Shown in pieces: positions 25,901 to 38,700 of a stretch of 64,000 nt of DNA (position 1 is the first letter of the stretch; each line of letters starts with the position of its first letter). Source of the DNA: Phoronis australis (lineage: Eukaryota; Animalia; Phoronida). The position numbers were made by a program, and so were the translations under genes. The DNA is taken from contig NMRA01000027.1 of assembly GCA_002633005.1 (NCBI GenBank), positions 223,265 through 287,264 of the forward strand. The letters run 5' to 3'. Below the pieces are notes generated by a model, which worked only from the letters and a program-made list of their open reading frames with translations, was not told the origin of the DNA and did no database searches.

Positions 25901-28071
25901 CCAGAGATAGGATAACCAAATTTTCTGAAAGAGAGAAAGAAAAGTTTGTGACTTACAGAAAATAGGGACATTCACCAAATTAGACAAGTTGGGACCATAC
26001 AAAACTAGCTTTCCTAAATGAGCAAATCCGTTTTGAAAACCCAATAACCTTAATTAAGGATTAAGCTCATGGAGGTCTTTGAGGGTGACGTACCAAAGTA
26101 TTGCGTTATTGGACATCATGCTGGAACTATCATTTACCACAATATTGTGTTATTAGACATCATGCCAGAACTAGCTACCATGTACCACTGTATTGTGTTA
26201 TTGGACATCATGCCAGAACTCTATAAATTCCAGGCAAAGTGAGTAAAGGTCACCTAGTTCAACAGTCAGGAAGTCAAGGGTCATTGGCACTCAGATTTTT
26301 GAGGAAACAAAAGCAAAAGAAAAACACAATATCATAGGAGATTGAAGTATTTTTTATAAAAAGCTCCAAAAACTGTTGTCAGTGCACTTCCATCGGTGTT
26401 AACGGAGAGGCCAACACTTCCAAGTCAGATTCATATTAATTGCAAGTAACTTGTCTAGACAGTAATAAGGAACTGATACAATGGAATGACATTTTTAGAC
26501 GTGGTTGCTGGATATTAATAATGCTCTTATTTTTGGGGGCCCTGCATGGTGGCTGTGCTAAGATGCCATTAAATTCTCAAGGTGGGACGACTCTATAGAA
26601 TGATAGCGCAAAATGAAGTTGTACTTACTCAAACCATTCAGGTTAGCAATTTTTTCAATGGCGTTTGTTGAAAGGGACAATTGCCTGTAATAGAAGTAAC
26701 AAATCTCCAGTCATTGTTGGAACATTTTAATGAAATAATTTATAGTTGAGCGCAGATAACCAAACATTTGCTGAAACAAGTTAGAAAGTGCCATTATTCA
26801 CAAATAGTACATAATATTTTCAAATCCCATAAATTCACATACCTGCAATTTGTCAAAGTAGAAAGTGACGCGTCCATCTTTTCAATGGGTGGAATTTGTC
26901 CGTAGAGTTGAACCTTTTCACTTTCTGAAGGCTTCATTCCATTTTTCTCTTCCTAACATGAGCAGACGTCACATCATTAGCAGATGTCACATCATTAGCA
27001 GACGTCACATCATTAGCAGACGTAACATCATTAGCACACGTAACGAAATGATGAGTAACAGGAAGCAGGTAGTTGGTCACTTCTGGCAGTCTGTCCATTT
27101 TTAACTGCATTAGGTTCAAACTGAATGAACATTATGCTCAACAACACTTTATAAAGCAAAGTAGATAAAGAAAAGACTCACGATATAAGCAAAATCCAGA
27201 AATATAATATCTGCTTCAATTTCTGTACCAAATCTGATTACGTTAAACCAAATTTTCTATTTTTTCACTTTCTGAAGTCAGTAACAAAAAGCTTCAAGAT
27301 GTTTTTCTCACGCAGAATAATTGTCCTCAAGAAAGAAACGCACGGAGCCACTGTTATTAATTGCATGTGTCACAAGTTCATGTTATCAGTTTAAACCACC
27401 TTACCCATTTGGCCAGGGCCTCCTTTATTGTTGTGCCTTTTGACTGAAAAATAGAATTATGAAGAAAATGTATGAAAATTAAAGCCTAAACAAAGTCTGC
27501 CGGCGTACCTGTATACGTCAAGGTGTTATACAGGCTGTGGATGACACTGATACAAAACCAAAAACCCAACTATATCCGGTGTTTCCATTTCAAACGTAGT
27601 TTTTGGATAAAGCGACAATTGCGAGCGAAAGCTACAGCGATCACATGATCAGTTTTAAGGTTATCTAGGACCGGCATATGAGGCTCCTGTAGGAGGTTTA
27701 CTGTCCCGATGGCTTGTTGAGACAGTGCCACTGTCTACCAGCAGACCGGTGCCACGTTTGTGATTGCATTCGTATTTTGGTTTGCTGACCCTACTTAAGT
27801 GACACTAACAACTAAATCAAGGGTGCCAGGGCACTATTGTCTTGTCTTGTCTTGTATTTGTAATTCCCTCTGCAATTGTTTGGCGCAGCACCGTATTACG
27901 AATCGAACTTTGCTCATGTTCAGTTATCTGTCATCATTTTTGTCATGAAATGTGTCATATACATATATAATAAAATATAAGAACATTGCTGCTCCATCTC
28001 AACTGAAACATGTTACATAATCAAGTCACAAATGTTGCACATAAGTGAAAAACCTAACTTCGACCTACCAT
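22936..28071 (-). CDS. DNAL1: Dynein axonemal light chain 1 (LC1, leucine-rich repeat), 188 aa, 8 coding exons
   Basis: Exons 28071-28069 (ATG only), 27443-27405, 26952-26843, 26684-26629, 25924-25869, 25069-24980, 24530-24440, 23057-22936 (567 nt; GT-AG; phases consistent). Protein [17 protein letters not shown]...[59 protein letters not shown]. Confidence 0.97.
23092..23598. mobile_element. hAT-like MITE with 13-bp TIR and 6-bp TSD
   Basis: ACAGTT|CAGGGCTTGGAAT ... ATTCCAAGCCCTG|ACAGTT. Subterminal CCGCG/CGCGG repeats. It lies ~35 bp from the DNAL1 last-exon acceptor. Confidence 0.85.
23600..23842. repeat. Degenerate ~30-bp minisatellite
   Basis: About 8 diverged units like AGTTATTCCCTGCCGTCACAGCTGAGCGCT. 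Confidence 0.8.
24192..24345. repeat. Degenerate ~21-bp minisatellite
   Basis: About 7 units like GCTGCACTAGTGCACTAAACAT. Confidence 0.75.
26961..27037. repeat. 18-bp tandem repeat x4 next to the DNAL1 exon 3 acceptor
   Basis: Unit AGCAGACGTCACATCATT. Confidence 0.9.
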
Positions 28072-28181
28072 CTTGAAACGTCGTTATGGCTACTACAGGA
28101 AGGGAGAAAATAGTACTAAATGTTTCTATTGGTTAGCAGGTGCTTGTTGCAGTGACCTCTGTTGTTCATTTTTACGAAAAC
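28072..28181. promoter_or_regulatory. Putative bidirectional promoter DNAL1/MRPS10 with candidate X-box
   Basis: Divergent ATGs at 28071 (-) and 28182 (+). GTCGTTATGGCTAC (28080-28093) is one mismatch from the RFX X-box GTHNYYATRRNAAC. An inverted CCAAT (ATTGG) lies at ~28128, and a YY1-like AACATGGCGGC overlaps the MRPS10 ATG. Confidence 0.65.
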
Positions 28182-31100
28182 ATGGCGGCGCCCTTGGGTT
28201 GTTTGAGTGTTCTTTCTGGTGCCTGTTTAAGAAGAATTTGCTTCACTCAAGGCTTACAGGTTTTCTTTATTTTTTTCTGTTATCGGAATTTGACAAACGT
28301 GCATCTAGAAACAGAACACGTCGAAGAAATTGTTGTCTGTGTTGTGTTTGCTGCTAGAGAATGTGATATTGATTGTGTTTGAGTTGAGTTTAAACCATTA
28401 TTGAACTTCCAGACCAGGCCAGCCCCCGTTCAGTAACGATAGGACCTCGCTAAAAAGCAAGACTTCGGGAGATTACCTGAGATATTGGCTTTGGCTAGAT
28501 TTTCAGTAGGTCAGCGTAGATCCTACTGCTGTGTGCTGCCCTTACCACGTTATTGTAATATATGATAGAACTATAAAACACCTTACCTAACTGGATATAT
28601 TGATATTCTGGTCTCTGACACAGTAAAGTAAATTGAAGCGCTAATGGTGAGTGGATACGCGTCTTGTCTCTGGCGATTCTCAAGTACGATAGCCTTTTTA
28701 TACAAAAATTTTGTAAAAACTGACAGTGATTACAAGTGATTAATCCCCATACAATACGTAATACCTTCCTCTTACCAACTTCTACCGTTCCCGTCCATCC
28801 TTATTCTTCCTCCCCCTTTTAGTGAATAAAGGACGCTAAGTTATCCCGCGAAATTATATGGATTTCTCCTACACTAACTCCCTGGACTTCCACTATTTGC
28901 CTGCACCATTCCCCTATTAACACGGAATGCAAACTAACGCCTCCCTGTGCCACTCGGGTGATTGTATGGTGCATCAGTTTCAACCAACAACTGATCGGAT
29001 GGAATCGCCCTTATCCCTCGAGCTCGGTCTCCTGGAATTTGACCCAGTCCAACTCCTGAAACAGAAAAGTATGTGTTTGGAAACACCTTTTACCACTTTT
29101 CCACAATTTGCGGTCCCCCTCCTAGCGTTGCTGAACGCACGCCCGGGCCCAGTCTCGAATCTAATCTTCTGCGAACTCGAGATAAGTTCTATGCTCGAGT
29201 ACATATAGCCTTGGCACAAAGCTGTATACTAAATATACAGCTTTGACAAGATAAAATATGACACACTTATTTGAGTAAATAAAATTGTTTTCTGGTTTTG
29301 GAAAAAATTAGCATTCTACCGTTATTCTACTGCTAAAGTTGTGGAGCTATCTGCGTCAGCTTTTGGCGCCATGAAATATTGCGTCACCTATTGGCCAGTT
29401 TCTTTTTTCGCCGATTCTTCAATCAACTGTTGTTCTTTCACGAGGTTGCGTACACGTCACAACAAATTATCGGAACTGGTTTCACTTCATTATAAGTTTT
29501 TAGAATTTTGATACCGAAAAACCTAATTTCAGAAGAAATTTTGCTGCTGCCAAGCTATTATCACCTCCTTAGAGATGTCACAAAATTTAGGAAATGGCGC
29601 GTGCGCGTGTCATGAGCGTACTGTTTTCAAAATGATGACATAACTTTTCTTTGTTAGAAAAAACGGATTGCATGCACCCCATCAGGTCTTTAGCTCTACA
29701 TGTTGATACAGGCTGTGAGCAATTTCAGGGTCTATGGAAGAAAAACACACAGTGTTACCTAGCTGTATTTTGACGATAGTCTTCATACAGCTAGCTGGCT
29801 GGTTAGAGTACATAATGACTTATGTGGATGATTTATTAGTCCTAGTATGCAGTTGACAAATCCAACGTTGAAGCTAAAAGTTCTGAGTTTGAACTCAAAA
29901 TTTCGAGTTTTTACTCGAGTTTGTAGCACGAATATAAGGGTTTTTAAATGCAAACTAGGACTAGAAACTCATATGCATAAACTATAATTATTCGAGCACA
30001 GTCTGATAACCACTTATCTTGAGTTTGCACGTAAGGAGCAGAGAAATAGCCAAAAATAATTTCGAGTTTGTTTCGAGTACAAAGATAAGAGACTGGGCCC
30101 AGGATAGGTATTGTTGTATGCTCCAAATACTGGACTGGCTACAATATCAACCTTGCCTGACTTCTCTATGTTATGGTTGGTAAGTATATACACGAAGTGT
30201 GGTCAACACCCCAAACCAAGCAGCTCTCTGTCGCTCTCCATCAAGGCTACGGCCGTGTGCTACTCCAGTCACACAACAGTATCCCACAATTCAAGCATGA
30301 TTGCCTATAGTTAACTGACTTCCATGATTTTTTGCCATTATGAAAAGCCATACATTACCCTTTTTGTAGCTCTGATATAAATTCTCTTTTCTTTTGGAAC
30401 ATAAAATGTAGCGACAACCCATCTTAACAGAGGTTATATTGTAATACCGTGGTAAAAGGGGCACACAACGCAGTCACAGCTCTGTAATTTTTTTATAGTA
30501 ACATATAGTCAGGTGCCTCCATCAGGGGCACCCACTCTCTGTCTGCCCTATCTGTAAATGACCGAGTTGGGTTAAACTATCTTTGAAGTGACATCCATTA
30601 TGTATTTTTAAACTTGTTATAGTTGTTTTTGTCTTTGTTGATCTTCTTAGTTATACAGTGACATAATACTCTGGAGAGAGTGTGGTCACTTGAACCAAGA
30701 AGGAGAAGTTCAATTTTATTTGTCAACCCATGAAGCGATATGATTTATTTGTCAACCCATAAAAAGATATTTGTCGACCCGTAATAAGATATGATATATT
30801 TGTCGACCTAAGAAGCGGTATGTTATATTCGCCAACCCATAAAATGATATGATGTTTGTCAACCCAATGGGTCCCATGAAGTGATATGAAATATTTGTTA
30901 GTGGACCCATGATATGACGTAATATATTTCTGCAGTGCCTGTTGAATATCCTGCCTACTGTTTGACATTTCCTGTGTCCAACTCTATTAAGCCACTCTTG
31001 TTTCGTGTTCGTTTCACAGATGGTGCTAAGAAGACCAGCACAATACCTTGAGGTCTTCAGACAGGGAACATTATCTAAGTTGCTCTGCACTGCTACATTG

Positions 31101-34100
31101 CAGGTAACCTACTTTGTACTACTTTCAATGTACAGTACATAACCTGGATTAATGACCAAGGCAGTACTTCAGTTTTTAGTTCAATCCCGGCTTTTCAGAC
31201 ATTTTATGTAATAACTGACGTCCTTATGTTTAACTTGCTTAATCTCTTATTTGGTTGTTGAGAAGGTCATCCATCCTTGTGGTGTCACAATAGAAGAACA
31301 TATTAAACTGTCCTGCAAATTTGTATGTTGTTTGTTACTTGGCACAAGAAGCAGGCTTATTACTTAAACTTGGCGCAAGAAGCAGGCTTATTACTCAAAC
31401 TCTTTCACCAGTGACACTGGTTTTCTATTCGGGTGGGGATAATGCTTATTTCTCATGCTTTATTTGACAGGTTCCTTCTGCTAACGAGCCAGACATATTG
31501 TACAAAAGGCTGGAAATTGAGGTCAAAGGTCATGACACTAGTGTTATCAACAGTTATGAAAAATTCGTGACACTCGCAGCAAAAGAGCTAGACATTAATT
31601 TAGAAGAAGTGTGAGTAACTCAGCGTATGCTTCATTTCTACATCTTCTATAGAATTAGATTATTGATTCAGCTTGCCTTTACCACAGTAAAACCTGTGGT
31701 GTCCATTTTAGGACACGCGCACCTTGTACTTGAGGCTACGTTGGTTACAGAATTTGGATTCTAGATTCCATTTGTTCTCACTCCCTGACAGAATAGACAT
31801 ATCCCACACCCCTTTGCATCCAGGATAGCTTATCTCACACCCCTATACTCCCAGGATAACCGTAGCTCACACCCCTATACGTGCAGGATAGGTGTATCTC
31901 ACACCCCTATACTCCCAGGATAACTGTTGCTCATGCCACAATACTAACATGATAACTATATCTCACACCTCTGTACTCTCAGGACACACCCCTATATTCC
32001 CAGGACACACCCCTATATTCCCAGGACACACCTCCCATACTCCCAGGACACACCCCTATACTCNNNNNNNNNNNNNNNNNNNNNNNNNNNNNNNNNNNTA
32101 CTCTCAGGACACACCCCTATACTCCCAGGACACACCCCTATACTCCCAAGATAGCTGTATCGCACACCCTGTACTTGTATTTCAGCTTAATGTGCTTCTT
32201 AATCTATGTTTCAGAACAACTCCTCCCAGGATTATTGAAAGACGCACACTCCTCAAGTCTGTTCACATCTTTAAAAAGCACAGGGTTCAATATGAATGGA
32301 GAACACATTTTAGGACTTTTAAGGTAAGAAATGTCTGTTATGTTATTCGTTTTTTTGTCACGGTTGGTTGGTTTCTGTTAATTGACCATAGAAAGATAAA
32401 AATATTTTTTTAAGATATGTTTCAGATACTCGTTCTACATTCTTGGCAAGATACTGATTTTTTATGGTTTAATGGGTTTGTCGTGGGAAGGGACGTTAAA
32501 AAACATGCTGTTTTTATTTTCTAATCAGCCACTGAAATTTTAAAAATGTTTTATTGCAGTAACAATGAGCCATTTCTAAATCCAGCATGTCACCTTCGTT
32601 GCAAGAAAAGTGGGAAAATTTAATGTTAATTAATGACTGGTTCAGTCCATGATATTCTGTAAACTGTTGATGGTTTGACTTCTCCTTGATCCATGATATT
32701 TTTGTAAACTATTGATACCTTGACCTCTCTGTGCATGGATTTAACAGCATTCTCTAAGTAGTTCTTATACAACCTGTTTGTTATGTCCAAATCCTAACAA
32801 GAAGACCATTATTCTTTCAATTAGTAAAGTCACATCAAAACATGAAAAATATCAAATAAAAACCTTTAACTCTCAGATCATCATTTTACTAGTGCTCAAG
32901 CTATTTAGTTAAGTACATACATTATTGCCCTAAAACTCAGTGCGGTTTGTGTACAGTTTCTATTATGATACTTGTTATTTTAAAAATGTAATATTTGTAA
33001 CATGTTTAGCTCTTCTAGTTATGAAATGTGTGACTCCCAGTATCACAGACACTTGTAGAAAACACTAGAAATGAATTTTGATAGTGAAGTGTCCAAATTT
33101 GTCAATGAGGCAAAAATGTCCCACCTGTTATGTTACCTCAGTTATACCATGTGGGTTCAGTCTTTCTGAATCTACCAAAAATGCAAAATATGTAGAATAA
33201 TAATCAGTGTCATACGATAGATATTTGATTCATCATGTACTGTTTTTGCCTTTTGATTTTATCTAATAACTTGAATAGATATTCATGATGTTTTTTTTTT
33301 AGAACTTGCAATTGATTGGAGTGTATCAGTCATGTTTTCCCTGTGGATGGATGGACGCAGGTCATTACTGACCAGTGCTAATAGCTTTCTGTGTGATGAT
33401 AGTTTGAAAACTGATCTGAATTAAATCGCTTCATTAATCTCGACTGATGTAATTTCTATTCTATGCTCTAGCCAAATATTGCGCAAAATTTTATGGAATC
33501 ACTCAAAATAAAGTTTAAATAACACAATACATTTCTTCAGGGTTATGGAATGTGCCTGCAAGTGACAAACTGCTTCACACTTCGTCATCTTGTATGTGCA
33601 TTGTGTGAATTGAACTGTTCACAAACTCAGAATGAGCTGTTGCTGCTTTCTTACAGATTCGCAGCATTACTGGGTCCACAGCAGATACCTTCCTTGAATA
33701 CATACAGCGCAATCTGCCAGAGGGCATGGCCATGAAAGCCACCAAGGTACTGTCATGTGATACACATGTGAGCTAGTGGCAAAGCAATATAAGCAGAACA
33801 CTGTTGTTTTATGCACCTGTGTTTGCATATTGTCACATCCCATCCGTCTGCCATTACCTTGGCCCATCCGTCTGCCATTACCTTTGCCTGTCCGTTCTCA
33901 AAAACCGCTTCACGAATCATAATGAAATTCGGAATGAAGTTGTTTGGCCGAGATGGGTTAGAGTCAGTCGATTTTCAAATGGATTCAACAACCATGACAT
34001 CCCCTATTAGCAGTTTTAGGTTTCAACAAGGCATTTCTTGTCTGTCAATTATTCTTATAATGGCTTGACAGATTTTGGCGAAACTTGAGATACACGTGGT

Positions 34101-34819
34101 GCTCAGATTTCACTACAGCTGATCACTTTAGTCATAACTTCTCACCAGATTTTATTTTCACTTGACATGAAGGTGCTAGTTGATTTTCATATGAAATTGA
34201 CTACAGCATCCCCTGTTGGCCATTTAGGTTTCATAAGATATTGCTTATTCACTGATTGTTGTCAAAATGGATTGACACGTTTTGATAAAATTTGATTTAA
34301 GGAATTATAAATGTGACCCCACAACACTAGTTCATTATGGGATGGATTACAAGATAGATCCCTGTGTCGACTGTTTTAATATTAACAAACCATTGGTTGT
34401 TCTTTTAATGCACCCTAAGAGGTGTATGGCTGGGATGTACGGGCAGTAGTCCATTTTCAGCGTTGTTGTAGAATACAAATACCCAAATTATATTACATGG
34501 AACTAGTCAACACCCCTAGAAGCATATGGTTTGTAGAGCAGTCAGGTTTACATTGCAGTGCTCATGTTTTGATTGTGTGACATTTGCCTTTATACTTTTT
34601 GGTAAAAATGAAATGAAAAGGCACCGAATCATTTAATTCCTATTTTTCACAGGTAGATGTTCAGCAGTCAGCACAAGTCCCATAGCATATTTTCCAAATT
34701 AAGATTTGTTTGTGGTGAGAAGAGACATTCAATTGTAACTTAGTGTAATTCTTTTCCAGACCAGACTAGAAAAACTTCCAGCGCACATCAAGCCTCCTCC
34801 ATCAACAGAGTCAAGCTGA
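28182..34819 (+). CDS. MRPS10: Mitochondrial ribosomal protein S10 (uS10m), ~186 aa, 6 coding exons
   Basis: Exons 28182-28259, 31020-31103, 31471-31610, 32215-32323, 33657-33746, 34760-34819 (561 nt, in frame). Motifs [66 protein letters not shown]. The first two (presequence) exons are less certain because the exon 1 donor GTTTTC is weak. Confidence 0.93.
30716..30925. repeat. ~27-bp minisatellite
   Basis: Units like ATTTGTCAACCCATGAAGCGATATGAT. Confidence 0.8.
31800..32172. repeat. 20/30-bp minisatellite containing an N gap
   Basis: Unit CACACCCCTATACTCCCAGGA. N run at 32064-32098. Confidence 0.9.
33806..34430 (+). mobile_element. Helentron/DINE-1-like non-autonomous element (degenerate)
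   Basis: Starts TTTTATGCACC..GCATATTG followed by CCATCCGTCTG repeats, then recurring ATGAAATTCGG / GAAACTTG blocks. The right boundary is approximate. Confidence 0.45.
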
Positions 34820-35785
34820 CATGATTAAGTTCAGAAATGAAGATTACGGCTCATAAACTGACATGGTGCCAGGTTGGGACCCCCAGTATTAACATACAAT
34901 GGTGTTCCTGGAATTGACAGACATAAGTGTGCCACTCCATCAGTGCATGATAAACAAGTGATATATTGTTGCTGCTATTGACTGGTTGAAAAACAACATG
35001 CGGTTATTCTGAACCTAGTTACAACACAACCTGGAGGACAAGTGGAACTGTATCTCATAAGTTGGACAAACACAAATCTGGATTATTTACGACTAGTGGT
35101 GACAGTTTTGACAAAGAATGCTGAGCTGGAAAATATTACATTTTTGTGATTATGTGAATAGGGTGTGTGTGTAAATTTCTTGTACTAAAATGTTGTTTTT
35201 GCATCTGACAGAAGAAACAGATAGTGTAATATTTATATTAATTAAATCAAATTATACAAATTGAAATAAGTTAAAACTTGAGAATCACAAATCTTTACAG
35301 TCTTTAAAAAGCCTGGTTGTTATTGAACTATTTAAGCAATACATCATTAACATAATTTGATTGTATAACAATACATCATTGACATGTTTTGATCATATAA
35401 CAATACACACCTTCTTACAGCCAGTTTATCTATGTGACACTTGATGTTGACTAAGCTGTGCATATGTGGGATAATGGTACCAGATGTGATGTAAATTCCA
35501 AGCTCCTCATAATACAAGATTCTCTATGAAATCAAGAATTTGCTGAGCATCACATTCACCCTTGTCAGTGTTTTAAAACAACATCTTGCAAAATTCACAC
35601 CTGTCACTGATCATTATGTAAATCTCGTTTTTTGACCTTTAAAACGAACTAAAAGCCATGTGATGACTGATTCATTTAACTCTACGCACCGTGCTTGTAA
35701 AAATGTTATTTTGAGAAGAAGACGCATTTTTATAAAGCCCAAAATATAAATTGTCCTGCATGTAAGTAAGCTGGATGAGTTGCTA

Positions 35786-38700
35786 TCAATTGCCCAAAGA
35801 ATATTCTGATATATCATCAGTCTCTGTGTCTGACAATTCTGCACCCTGCAATGATGGCATTTTTACAGACACTGTTAACGGTCGTGCACCCTTTATAGCT
35901 GGTTGTGAGTCTTGATTCTCTTGCCCTGATTGTGACTTATCTAACGTTTCTGTTAGACCACTGGCTCCCTCTAAAGTCTGTGTTAATCCACCTGGTTCAT
36001 CAATCGACTCGCTGACATGAATACTGTCGGTATTCCCGAAGGTGTCGCCCCCAAGCTGTGCATCAGACCTCTTCCCAGTAGATTGCAGGCTGGCATCAAA
36101 TGACTTGAACTGTCCTCTTACACCCGAGCCTGCTGTGTAACCCAGTCTGCCCGATCCTCCTGTGGAACCCAGAGTTCTTGTCAACCCTAGAAACAATGTC
36201 AATAAGCATGTTAAACATGGTAATCACTTATACATCAATTTGTTAAAGTTTAAAAGTAACTTAAAAAAATATAAATAAAGAATTGAGGTTTCGGTAATTT
36301 TTATGAAAAAAAGTAAGACATTATTTAATTTTACTATTGCTGTTTCATCTTTGATATCTATATCTTAGATGCATTGTTTTTTATATTGTTTCACTACGAA
36401 CATACATTTCTTTGTTTTGCTCAATTTTCAAAAAAACACGTCACTAACCTTTACGCAGTTGAATTATGTTGTGTCAAAATGCTCGACGCTTGTCGCCGAT
36501 TTCTCCGTAACCTAGCGGCCATAAATCCACCTCCAGTCACAAAAACCAACAATTAATTTACCAAACAATTGCCACATCTCATCTTGGTGGAGGTATGATT
36601 GATGTAGTTTTCCAAATGTAGGGTCGACAATGCACTTCTGACTGAGCCAATTCGGACAAGTGAAGATTGATTTATCAGGTCTCACTCAGCTTTTAATTAT
36701 TTATGTCTGGGTAACACATGGTGCAAAAGCAGAACTTTCTAATGACAAATTGCAAATTCATTTTGCAAGATAGTGATTAGCATGTCATCAGTGTACCACT
36801 GTGGGGAAAGTGCCCTACAGAATCATTGCATTGTAGGTATGTAACACATAATCAAAAGAGGGCGCTGTAGCATTCTGAAGTGAAGCTGTTAGCAGGGTGC
36901 TGACCATGCTTCACCACAGTTTTGGTCAAGTGCTCACCAGGTGGGCCAGACTTGTCTGTAGCCATAAGGTCAGTGGTGGCGCCCCCTTCAGTACTGAATG
37001 ACTGAGACAGATATCCTGACTGCAGTAATGCCTGCATGTTCATCTGATCTGGAGTGAGAACACGGGGGTCGTCTGAAATGGAGATGGCTTGGAACATTAC
37101 AGTCATGCAAAAAATGACCAGCAAAGCATATCAAATATAACAGTGAGACACAACAATTACAACTAAACGACCAGCAAAGCAAAACATACGAGAACACAGT
37201 AACTCATCCATTCCAAATAAATTATCACTGAAGATGTTGACACTTACAAGCATCAAATCTACTGCCAGATCTCGTATCGCCCCTACTCTGGACACGAATG
37301 ACATTTGCTGAGCCCCCTTCATCCCTGACAGGCTCCTCTTCTGATTCATCGAAATCCTGTGATGCCCCTACATGAATGACCCTAGCAGGTGGACCCTTGT
37401 TCGTTTCCTCCAACTCAGCCAGTGACATGGGCCGGTCAGTGTCTGTATTGTGGTCAACTGATGGGCGTCCTGGCTGTCTGGGTACTACTTCACCTGAAAT
37501 ACATGCTTGAAATACAGTAAACTGGAATGAGAGATGCCTAATCTGAAAGGTAAAGTGAACAATGAGAAAAATGACCTCGTGAAACTTTGTCCAAGTAAAA
37601 CGGACATTGTTGAGAACATTTTTTTTAGATCAGCCTATTGCCGAATCAAACCTGGAACCTGTGACGTCGCAGGTAAACACTCTACTGTTGAAGCTGGCTC
37701 CCATTTGATTAATGGCTGAGTACTTTAAGTATATTCAACTGGTTGAGTCCTTGGTCTTGACTTCAGGTGTCTGGCAGACAACGACAAAAATTGGCAATTG
37801 ATAATGAAATCACAAAAACAATGGAATTTGTCATTTCATAGCTCTGGTCAAATCTAATAACTTCAAAAAGTCTATCCAATCCAAAAATAATAACAAAAAC
37901 GTATTTTCTGCCATAAAACTGATAAAGTGTTTCAAGTAAAGGTATGTGTATCTGACTTATGCCTGTCTGGCCTTTGCCAATTTTACTGTAACAACAGAAA
38001 TGAAATCCAGGTATCCAGACTCAAATACTTATCACACTTCAAAGTCTTATTAAGTGTCTAGAGCTTATTTTGTCCACAGAAAGTTGTCGCTATCTAACAG
38101 TAATGGCAAATGTTAGTCACATAGACTAACGTTTTTACCGTTACACTTAGAAATATTTTACATGCATTCCATTGACAACTGTTTTGCTTTATGTGCAGTG
38201 GAGACTCATGAATTAGTTTTAGTTTAGTTTCTTCTCATTGTGTTCAGTTTTCACGTAGAACAATTTGTCTGCAGTTCTCAAGAATTCACTTTTTAATCTG
38301 AGTAAGGTGTAAGTTCAAACCAATATTGTGGTGGAAAATGGGTGTCTTATTCCACAGTCAGTGTTTCTATAATTGAAAACTGTTGAAATGTGTGCATTGG
38401 CCTTTTAACAATCTTCTCCGGATGTTCAACACCAGCTAACAACAGCAGCTTACCTGGAGATAACTCAACACTTTTCTGTTCAGTTCCCTGCACTGGGGTT
38501 ATGAGTTGACCTTTAACCCGATCACCTGGCAACTTGGATGTGGACTTCATCTTAGCCAGAATTGACACAACAGGGTTTTCAACAGCAGAGGGCACTACCT
38601 GTCCTTCACTGATGGTGTTGTGTTCTTCAGAATCATCAGGGGATAATTCGTCAGAGCCATGCAGTGTATCAGACAGACTAGAGCTGGTTTGTTCAACATG

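Noticed and set aside
23600-26222. Spaced repeats (e.g. TATTGTGTTATTGGACATCATGCCAGAACT x3 at ~26099-26220) as a CRISPR-like array
   Set aside because: Eukaryotic intron, degenerate tandem units with related rather than unique spacers, and no cas genes.
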